A DNA stretch of 45,394 nucleotides from Elusimicrobiota bacterium (GTDB taxonomy: Bacteria; CG03; SLGR01; JBDRKX01): NCBI GenBank assembly GCA_043813605.1, contig JBDRKX010000023.1, positions 1 through 45,394 on the forward strand, read 5' to 3'. The translations under genes were made by a program, and so were the position numbers. The notes under the pieces were generated by a model that did no database searches, was not told the origin of the DNA, and saw only the letters and a list, made by a program, of their open reading frames with translations. Shown here piece by piece: positions 9,377 to 16,778 of this stretch; within the stretch, counting starts at the first letter, position 1; every line of letters starts with the position of its first letter.

Positions 9377-10319
9377 TACCGGCAGTGTGTTTATTTTTCC
9401 TGGACAGGGTGCCCAGTATGTAGGTATGGGAGCGGACTTTCTCAAGGAAGAATGGGCAAGGGAAATGTGGGACGAAGCAGGAGATATACTGGGGTACGAC
9501 CTTAACCGTATTGTAATGGATGGACCGGCAGAGGAATTGAAACGCACAGAGGTCACCCAGCCGGCTGTTTTTATGACAGAAGTCGTATTTTACACAGCTT
9601 TGATAAAAAAAGGGCTGAAACCGTCTGTAACTGCCGGACACAGTCTCGGAGAATATGCTGCAGTCGTTGCGGCAGGTGTACTGAAATGGCAGGATGGTCT
9701 TGAACTTGTGAAATACCGCGGAGAGGTTTTTGAACAGGTAGCCGGCAGGAATCCCGGGGGAATGTTTGCCGTTATAGGTCTTGATGAAGCAAGACTTGAT
9801 GAAATTCTTAAGGGTATTGGCGGGATCTGTGAAATAGTGAACTACAATTCTCCGGGTCAACTTGTTGTAAGTACGGAAAAAGCTGTTCTTGATAAAGCCG
9901 TCTCTAATGTGAAGGAAAACGGTGCTAAGATGGTTGTTCCGCTTGATGTGAGCGGTGGATTTCATTCTTCTCTGATGGATGAAGCCGTGACGCCAATGAG
10001 AGAAAAAATGGCTTCTTTTGAATTCAGGCCGCCGGAATGTATGTTTTTTTCAAACTATACAGGTGATAAGGTTTCAGATCCTGAAATACTGAAAGAGAAC
10101 CTGATAAGACAGGTCAATTCTCCGGTTAAGTGGACTGATATAATTGAAGGTATCATATCGGAAGTTCCTGAAAATACCGAGTTTATTGAGGTCGGCCCGG
10201 GTAAAGTGCTTCAAGGACTGATAAGACGGATAAACAGGAAATTGAAGGTAAAAGGTGTTGCATCGTTGTCGGATATTGATAGTTTGACCCTGATTGACAG
10301 TTTGACCCTGGAGGTATAG
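9369..10319 (+). CDS. fabD: Malonyl-CoA:ACP transacylase
   Basis: FIFPGQGAQYVGMG, TQPA, catalytic GHSLGEY, NSPGQ, VSGGFHS, EVGPG. Confidence 0.96.
   Translation: MTDTGSVFIFPGQGAQYVGMGADFLKEEWAREMWDEAGDILGYDLNRIVMDGPAEELKRTEVTQPAVFMTEVVFYTALIKKGLKPSVTAGHSLGEYAAVVAAGVLKWQDGLELVKYRGEVFEQVAGRNPGGMFAVIGLDEARLDEILKGIGGICEIVNYNSPGQLVVSTEKAVLDKAVSNVKENGAKMVVPLDVSGGFHSSLMDEAVTPMREKMASFEFRPPECMFFSNYTGDKVSDPEILKENLIRQVNSPVKWTDIIEGIISEVPENTEFIEVGPGKVLQGLIRRINRKLKVKGVASLSDIDSLTLIDSLTLEV
10275..10310 (+). repeat. In-frame 18-bp tandem duplication at the fabD 3' end
   Basis: ATTGATAGTTTGACCCTG then ATTGACAGTTTGACCCTG, giving IDSLTL-IDSLTL. Confidence 0.85.
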
Positions 10320-10322
10320 AAG

Positions 10323-11051
10323 ATGAATACAGATCAGAGAATTGCTGTTGTCACAGGCGGAGCCCAGGGCATTGGTAAAGCTATATCATGCAAACTCCAT
10401 GAAATGGGTTGCAGAATCATAATAGTAGACATAAGTGAAGATGCCGCAAAGCAGACAGCAGAAGAACTAAACGGTGATTATTACATAGCTGATGTCAGGA
10501 GTATGAAGAATGTAACAGAAGTTGTTGACAGTATAATTGAAAAAGAGAGTAAAATAGATATACTTATTAACAATGCGGGAATAACAAAAGACAATCTTCT
10601 CATCAGGATGGATGAAGAAGACTGGGATCAGGTCATTGATATTAATCTTAAGGGTGTATTCAATTTTTCCAAACAGGTAGCAAAGAAATCAATGATGAAA
10701 AACAGAACCGGCAATATAGTTAACATTGCTTCAATAATAGGAGTAATCGGGAATGCCGGGCAGGCAAATTACGCTGCTTCAAAGGGCGGGGTTATCGCTT
10801 TGACAAAGACTCTGGCAAAAGAACTTGCTAAAAGAGGCATAAGGGTAAATGCTGTAGCTCCGGGATTCATCCAGACAAGCATGACAGATAAGCTTTCTGA
10901 TAATGTTAAAGAAAAATATCTCGAAGGAATACCTTTAGGAAGACTCGGTACTCCTGAAGAAGTGGCAGAAACAGTCGGGTTTCTTGTTTCTGAGAATTCG
11001 AGTTATATTACGGGGCAGGTGATAAATATCGACGGCGGAATGGTAATGTAG
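10323..11051 (+). CDS. fabG: 3-oxoacyl-ACP reductase
   Basis: TGGAQGIG, NNAGITKD, YAASK, VAPGFI, DGGM; lies between fabD and acpP. Confidence 0.96.
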   Translation: MNTDQRIAVVTGGAQGIGKAISCKLHEMGCRIIIVDISEDAAKQTAEELNGDYYIADVRSMKNVTEVVDSIIEKESKIDILINNAGITKDNLLIRMDEEDWDQVIDINLKGVFNFSKQVAKKSMMKNRTGNIVNIASIIGVIGNAGQANYAASKGGVIALTKTLAKELAKRGIRVNAVAPGFIQTSMTDKLSDNVKEKYLEGIPLGRLGTPEEVAETVGFLVSENSSYITGQVINIDGGMVM

Positions 11052-11058
11052 GCGGTAT

Positions 11059-11077
11059 CTTAAGTTAATAACTTAAG
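11059..11077. promoter_or_regulatory. Perfect 19-bp palindrome upstream of acpP (candidate operator)
   Basis: CTTAAGTTA-A-TAACTTAAG; 1-nt centre suits a dimeric protein site rather than a hairpin. Confidence 0.45.
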
Positions 11078-11114
11078 TGTCGGACGCAAAACTATAGAAA
11101 AGGAGAGAATTAAA

Positions 11115-11357
11115 ATGGCATCAATCGAAGAAAGAGTAAAGGAAATTATTGTAGAACAGCTTGGTGTAGAAGCAGGTGAAGTAGTGGAAGAAGCTTCTTT
11201 TATCAATGACCTGGGCGCCGATTCGCTTGATACAGTGGAATTAGTAATGGCGCTTGAAGAAGAGTTTGACCAGGAAATCCCGGATGAAGAAGCTGAAAAA
11301 CTTGATACAGTCGGGAAAGCCATAGATTATATCAAAAAAGGCAGTTCAAGCGAATAA
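11115..11357 (+). CDS. acpP: Acyl carrier protein
   Basis: [20 protein letters not shown] phosphopantetheine site; AAGGAG RBS. Confidence 0.98.
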   Translation: MASIEERVKEIIVEQLGVEAGEVVEEASFINDLGADSLDTVELVMALEEEFDQEIPDEEAEKLDTVGKAIDYIKKGSSSE

Positions 11358-11372
11358 ACGGGCCGCAATTGC

Positions 11373-11426
11373 TAATATTAAGATAATATGCCAGATTAAA
11401 AACCGGCATATTATCGGGAAATATTA
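11373..11426 (+). other. Intergenic stem-loop between acpP and fabF
   Basis: GATAATATGCC (11382-11392) / GGCATATTATC (11405-11415) perfect 11-bp stem; outer TAATATT/AATATTA; no U-tract. Confidence 0.55.
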
Positions 11427-11451
11427 TCATAAAAACGAACGGAGGTAGAAC

Positions 11452-12699
11452 ATGAGTAGGAGACGGGTGGTCGTCACTGGCATGGGTGTCGTTACACCTA
11501 TAGGACAATCTGTCGAAGAATACTGGAAATCCCTGCTTGAGGGAAGATCCGGAATAGACAGGATCTCGCGGTATGATGTTAACCAGTATTCTTCGCAGAT
11601 TGCCGGAGAAGTCAGGGATTTCGATCCGGTCACTAACGGAATAGAAGCCAAAAGGGCAAAACGTATGGACCTTTTTTGCCAGTATGCACTTGCGGCAGCA
11701 AAAGAGGCTTACGAGATGAGCGGCCTTGATATGAAACAGGAGGACCCTTTCAGATGCGGGTCCATTATAGGAAGCGGTATCGGGGGGTTGGCTACAACTG
11801 AAAGAGAGCATATAAGACTGCTGGACAAAGGACCGAGGAGGGTCAGCCCTTTTCTGATACCTTCATTGATCATAGATATTGCAGCCGGAGAGATAGCAAT
11901 AGAGTATGGTCTGCGGGGAATAAACTATGGCGTGGTAAGCGCATGCGCCTCGAGTGCGCATGCGATCGGGGATGCGATGAGAATGATCCAGTATGGAGAT
12001 GTTGATATTATTCTCACCGGTGGAACGGAAGCTTCAACAACTCCTCTCGGATTAGCCGGATTCTGTTCGGCAAAGGCGCTGTCTACAAGAAACGATGAGC
12101 CTTCCAGGGCATCCAGACCGTTTGATGCCGAGAGAGACGGATTCGTAATGTCAGAAGGCGCCGGAATCATTGTGCTTGAGGAACTGGAGCATGCAGAAAA
12201 GAGAGGAGCCAGAATACTGGCTGAAATAGCGGGATACGGCGCATCAGCGGATGCTTATCATATAACCGCGCCCCATCCCGACGGTACCGGTGGAATCGCT
12301 GCCATGAAAAAGGCGATCAATGATGCCGGTATGTCTCCGGAAGATATAGATTACGTGAATGCACATGGGACTTCAACCCTGCTGAATGACAAGATCGAGA
12401 CAAAGGTCATCAAAGAAGTTTTCGGAGATCATGCCCGAAAACTGATGATATCATCAACAAAATCGATGACCGGGCACCTCCTGGGGGCGGCGGGTGCTGT
12501 AGAATTTATAGCCTGCATAAAGAGTTTAAACGAAGATATTGTGCATCCGACGATAAACTACGAAAATCCTGATCCTGAATGTGATCTGGATTATGTCCCG
12601 AATGAACCCAGACAACGGGAAGTGAGAGCAGCACTCACGAATTCTTTGGGTTTTGGAGGGCACAACGGTGCAATAATTGTGAAGAAGATAGGTGGCTAA
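11452..12699 (+). CDS. fabF: Beta-ketoacyl-ACP synthase II
   Basis: RRVVVTGMG, catalytic SACASS, NAHGTST, KSMTGHLLGAAG, NSLGFGGHN. Confidence 0.96.
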   Translation: MSRRRVVVTGMGVVTPIGQSVEEYWKSLLEGRSGIDRISRYDVNQYSSQIAGEVRDFDPVTNGIEAKRAKRMDLFCQYALAAAKEAYEMSGLDMKQEDPFRCGSIIGSGIGGLATTEREHIRLLDKGPRRVSPFLIPSLIIDIAAGEIAIEYGLRGINYGVVSACASSAHAIGDAMRMIQYGDVDIILTGGTEASTTPLGLAGFCSAKALSTRNDEPSRASRPFDAERDGFVMSEGAGIIVLEELEHAEKRGARILAEIAGYGASADAYHITAPHPDGTGGIAAMKKAINDAGMSPEDIDYVNAHGTSTLLNDKIETKVIKEVFGDHARKLMISSTKSMTGHLLGAAGAVEFIACIKSLNEDIVHPTINYENPDPECDLDYVPNEPRQREVRAALTNSLGFGGHNGAIIVKKIGG

Positions 12700-13378
12700 T
12701 AAGAAACGCAAGTCTCTCGACAGTCTGATTGATAAATTAGGTGTCGATTTCAGGGATAGATCACTTTTAGACATTGCACTGCTGCACCGCTCATATTCAT
12801 CCCAACATCTTATTGCCAAGGATAACGAGAGGCTGGAATTCCTCGGAGACAGTATCTTGAGCGCGTGCGTGAGTGATATACTGTTTAGGAAGTTTCCTGA
12901 CAAGAGTGAGGGAGATCTGACTAAGATAAGGGCCCGGATAGTATCAAGAAGAGCCCTGAAAAAGTGGGGCAAAGAGCTGGAACTGGAAGATTATGTTTTT
13001 TTGAGCGAGAAGATGAAAAAATATATTACGAAACGCGAGACCCATATTTTAGAGAACACTGTGGAATCTATAATAGGCGCTATATACCTGGATCAGGGAT
13101 TTGATGCAGTATATGCTTTTATAAAGGAAAGGGTAAAAGAAGACGATTTTCATGCTATAGTTGATTTTAAGTCCAGATTACAGGAATTTACTGTTGATAA
13201 ATATTCGGAAATTCCCGGTTATGAGATAGTAGCCGAGACGGGCCCTTCTCATAACAGAAAATTCAAAGTCTCTGTTTCGGTAAAAGGGCAGGTCTATGGA
13301 GAAGGTACCGGGAGCAGTAAAAAACAGGCACAGCAGTGTGCTGCAGAAAAAGCATATAAAAAGTTGACGGAAAATTAA
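12692..13378 (+). CDS. rnc: Ribonuclease III
   Basis: ALLHRSY, NERLEFLGDSIL signature, ESIIGAIYLD, C-terminal dsRBD (KSRLQE, GPSH, G.SKKQAQQ.AA). Confidence 0.96.
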   Translation: MANKKRKSLDSLIDKLGVDFRDRSLLDIALLHRSYSSQHLIAKDNERLEFLGDSILSACVSDILFRKFPDKSEGDLTKIRARIVSRRALKKWGKELELEDYVFLSEKMKKYITKRETHILENTVESIIGAIYLDQGFDAVYAFIKERVKEDDFHAIVDFKSRLQEFTVDKYSEIPGYEIVAETGPSHNRKFKVSVSVKGQVYGEGTGSSKKQAQQCAAEKAYKKLTEN

Positions 13379-13379
13379 A

Positions 13380-13543
13380 AACCCAGTTGTTGCGATAGAG
13401 ATGCAGAACCAAGACGAGAAAGATGCCATATAGTACACAACAAAAAAGTGAGACAATACTCGTAAGTATTGACAAGCTTTTTTGCGACGTAGGATGTGGT
13501 ATATTTTTCGTCGAATTCCATCTTTTATTGCAATAAACGGGTT
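13380..13543 (+). repeat. Dispersed 164-bp rod-like palindromic element (MITE/ERIC/Correia-like), copy 1
   Basis: Ends AACCC...GGGTT; centre CAATACT-CGTA-AGTATTG; aligns over its full length with 30437-30600 and, inverted, with 41551-41858. Confidence 0.9.
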
Positions 13544-13560
13544 AAGTTAAGGAGAATAAT

Positions 13561-14727
13561 ATGATAGATTATGGTTTAACTGAAAAACAGATAATGATCC
13601 AGGATCTGGCGCGGCAGATCGCAGAAGAGAAGGTGAAACCCATGAGGGCTGAACTGGATGAAAAGAGCGAGTATTCTCCGGAAATAACCAGGTATCTTGC
13701 GGAAAGTGACCTGTTCGGGATTTTTGTCCCGGAGGAATACGGCGGACTCGGCGGAGGTTGTCTTGACCTCTGCATTGCAACCGAAGAACTTTCCAAAGTA
13801 TGCGGGGGCATCGCTGTAAGCTATGCGGCAACAGCACTTGGTATATATCCCATAATACTTTTCGGAAGCGACGAACAGAAGAAGAAATATCTTCCCGAAA
13901 TCGCAGCAGGAAAAAAACTGGCAGCTTTCGGGCTCACTGAACCCAATGCGGGAAGTGATGCCGGCGGTATTGAAACAACTGCCAGGAAGGAAGGTAACGA
14001 GTATGTTATAAACGGCAGCAAGATATTCATAACCAATGGCGGTGTCGCTGAAATATACACTATAATAGCGATGACAAACAAGTCAAAAGGGCCGAGGGGC
14101 GCTTCTGCGTTCATAATCGAAAAAGGTACTAAAGGTTTTGATTTCGGAAAAGAAGAAGATAAAATGGGTATACGGGCTTCAGCTACCCGTGAACTTATTT
14201 TCGATGAATGCAGAATACCTGAAGAGAACCTGCTCTCAAAAGAAGGTATGGGTTTTGTAGCTGCCATGAAAACTTTCGATCATTCGAGACCCGGCATCGG
14301 CGCGCAGGCGGTAGGCATAGCTCAGGGCGCTCTGAATGAAGCCGTGGAATATGCTACTCAGAGGATACAGTTCGGGCAGCCGATAGCTTCTTTCCAGGCT
14401 ATCAGGCATATGATAGCCGATATGGCGACAAAAATAGAAGCAGCGAGATGTCTTGTATACCAGGCCGCAAGGGTGGTTGACAGCGGTTCAAAAAATGTCA
14501 GTAAAATAAGCGCTATGAGCAAACTATTTGCTTCGGAAATGGCTATGGAAGTGACAACAGATGCTGTGCAGATATGCGGCGGTTACGGGTATATGAAAGA
14601 ATATCCGGTAGAGAAATTCATGAGGGATGCCAAAATAACACAGATATATGAGGGCACAAACCAGATACAGAGGGAAGTGATAGGTCTTGAGACCATAAAG
14701 GAAAGCAAATCGAGGAACAAAAGATGA
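13561..14727 (+). CDS. Acyl-CoA dehydrogenase (butyryl-CoA dehydrogenase-like)
   Basis: FGLTEPNAGSDA, NGSKIFITNG, KMGIRAS, R.QFGQPI, GGYGY, QIYEGTNQIQR. Confidence 0.94.
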   Translation: MIDYGLTEKQIMIQDLARQIAEEKVKPMRAELDEKSEYSPEITRYLAESDLFGIFVPEEYGGLGGGCLDLCIATEELSKVCGGIAVSYAATALGIYPIILFGSDEQKKKYLPEIAAGKKLAAFGLTEPNAGSDAGGIETTARKEGNEYVINGSKIFITNGGVAEIYTIIAMTNKSKGPRGASAFIIEKGTKGFDFGKEEDKMGIRASATRELIFDECRIPEENLLSKEGMGFVAAMKTFDHSRPGIGAQAVGIAQGALNEAVEYATQRIQFGQPIASFQAIRHMIADMATKIEAARCLVYQAARVVDSGSKNVSKISAMSKLFASEMAMEVTTDAVQICGGYGYMKEYPVEKFMRDAKITQIYEGTNQIQREVIGLETIKESKSRNKR

Positions 14728-15509
14728 AGATCGTAGTATGCATAAAACAGGTTCCTGATACTACTGAGGTAAAGATAAATCCCGATACAAATACTCTTGT
14801 AAGGGAAGGTGTTGATTCCATAATAAATCCGTTTGACATGTATGCGGTAGAAGAAGGATTAAGGATAAAAGAAAGGCTCAATGGTGAAGTGATCGTTCTG
14901 TCCATGGGTCCGCCGCAGGCTGAAGATGCATTGAAGGAGGCAATATCCTTTGGCTGCGATGATGCAATACTGCTCACTGACAGAAGTTTTGCCGGATCCG
15001 ATACGCTTGCAACAGCATACACGCTGTCAAGAGGAATAAAGAGTATCGGCGACGTCGGACTGATAATCTGCGGTAAGCAGGCCATAGACGGTGATACGGC
15101 ACAGGTGGGTCCGGGTATAGCCGAGATGCTTGATATCCCGTGCATAACATATGTAGGAAAGATAGACGAAATAGATGAAAATAATATTAAAGCACACCGT
15201 ATGATGGAGGGCGGATATAATGTAATAGAAGCTTCCATGCCATGCCTTATAACGGTTGTAAAAGAGATAAATGAGCCGCGGTTGCCTTCGTTAAAGGGGA
15301 AGATGGCGGCAAGAAAAGCAGAGATAACCAAATGGAATGCGGCTGATATAGCCTGTGAAGTAGACAGAATAGGCCAGGCCGGTTCGCCGACATGGGTGAG
15401 AAAGATATTCGCTCCGCCCAAAAGGGAAAAAGGAAAGATATTCAAAGGGGAACCGCAGGAAACAGTAAAAAGCCTTGTAGGTGAATTGAAAGACAAAGGA
15501 TTAGTGTAA
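14724..15509 (+). CDS. etfB: Electron transfer flavoprotein beta subunit
   Basis: CIKQVPD, INPFD, SMGPP, FAGSDTLAT, GKQAIDGDTAQVGP, EPRLPS. Confidence 0.95.
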   Translation: MKIVVCIKQVPDTTEVKINPDTNTLVREGVDSIINPFDMYAVEEGLRIKERLNGEVIVLSMGPPQAEDALKEAISFGCDDAILLTDRSFAGSDTLATAYTLSRGIKSIGDVGLIICGKQAIDGDTAQVGPGIAEMLDIPCITYVGKIDEIDENNIKAHRMMEGGYNVIEASMPCLITVVKEINEPRLPSLKGKMAARKAEITKWNAADIACEVDRIGQAGSPTWVRKIFAPPKREKGKIFKGEPQETVKSLVGELKDKGLV

Positions 15510-16726
15510 TGGGCATTAGAATAGATTCTGATAAATGTTCCGGTTGCGGGTTATGCATAAAAGCCTGCCCGTTTGACGTAATAGAAGTAAAATCACGCGA
15601 AGAGCTGGGTAAACCTCATCCCAGGTTCAAAAGGATCGCAGAAATACTCGAAGGTTGTACATTGTGCGGCGCCTGTGCGGAAGTCTGCCCGCTGGATGCT
15701 GTTATAATAACAAAAGAAGAAAAAGAACCTGCAGTTTCTCTTGCCGATTACAGGAATGTGTGGGTATTCGCGGAACAGGAAGAAGGTAAGGTGCAGGAGG
15801 TTGCTCTTGAGCTTCTGGGCAAGGCCAGAGACCTGGCAGAAAAATTGGGTTGTGAAGTATGTGCCGTGCTGCTGGGTTATAATATCAAGAATGAAGCTCA
15901 GAGTTTGATACATCATGGCGCGGATAAGGTATATGTCGTCGAAAATCCTCAATTAAAGGATTTTCTCGATGAACCGTATACTGAGGTATTATGCCGTCTT
16001 ATCGCTGATGAAAAGCCCGAAGTGATACTTATGGGAGCGACGACTATAGGCAGGGCTTTTGCCTCAAGAGTTGCCGCAAGAATACATACGGGTCTTACAG
16101 CTGATTGTACGGAATTGGATATAGATCCTGAAAGCAGGATGTTGCTCCAGACAAGACCGGCATTCGGCGGCAACATAATGGCAACAATCTATACTGAACA
16201 TCATAGACCTCAGATGTCTACTGTAAGGCATAAGGTGTTCAGACCCCTTGAGCCTGATACCGGTCGCCGGGGAGAGATAATCACTGTCGACTGTACGGAC
16301 GATCTGTCCTCCAGGTCAAAGATCGTCGAGATAATAAAAGATGAGACACAGCATGTCAATCTTACTGATGCGGATATAATCGTATCCGGAGGCAGAGGCC
16401 TCGGTAAACCGGAGAACTTCAACCTGATAGAAGAACTGGCGGAACTTCTTGGAGCGGCAGTAGGAGCTTCAAGGGCCGCCGTCGACGCTGACTGGATACC
16501 TTATTCTCATCAGGTCGGGCAGACAGGAAGGACTGTAGCACCGAAGATTTATATCGCTGTAGGCATTTCAGGAGCTATCCAGCATCAGGTCGGTATGAGG
16601 TCTTCTGACCTTATTATCGCAATAAACAAAGATCCTAATGCCCCGATATTCGATATAGCGAATTACGGCATTGTAGGCGATCTTTTTACAGTAGTTCCGG
16701 AATTGATAAAAGAGCTGAAGAAATAG
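15509..16726 (+). CDS. etfA: Electron transfer flavoprotein alpha subunit with N-terminal 2x[4Fe-4S] ferredoxin domain
   Basis: CSGCGLCIKACP and CTLCGACAEVCP; GLTADCT, RPAFGGN, GGRG, QVGQTG, GISGAIQH, AINKD. Confidence 0.95.
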   Translation: MGIRIDSDKCSGCGLCIKACPFDVIEVKSREELGKPHPRFKRIAEILEGCTLCGACAEVCPLDAVIITKEEKEPAVSLADYRNVWVFAEQEEGKVQEVALELLGKARDLAEKLGCEVCAVLLGYNIKNEAQSLIHHGADKVYVVENPQLKDFLDEPYTEVLCRLIADEKPEVILMGATTIGRAFASRVAARIHTGLTADCTELDIDPESRMLLQTRPAFGGNIMATIYTEHHRPQMSTVRHKVFRPLEPDTGRRGEIITVDCTDDLSSRSKIVEIIKDETQHVNLTDADIIVSGGRGLGKPENFNLIEELAELLGAAVGASRAAVDADWIPYSHQVGQTGRTVAPKIYIAVGISGAIQHQVGMRSSDLIIAINKDPNAPIFDIANYGIVGDLFTVVPELIKELKK

Positions 16727-16778
16727 AATGTTCTGACGCCCCGGGTCTCAGTTCCCCGTCATCGGTAAGGAGTTATCA

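Noticed and set aside
13469..13474. TTGACA in the repeat as a canonical -35 box
   Set aside because: 25 bp from the TATATT, outside 16-18 bp spacing; it is also part of the apical stem
14618..15496. Long minus-strand ORFs (292 aa here; also 9258-9965, 28826-29689, 30642-31313 and others)
   Set aside because: Antisense shadows of well-supported + strand genes with no recognisable motifs
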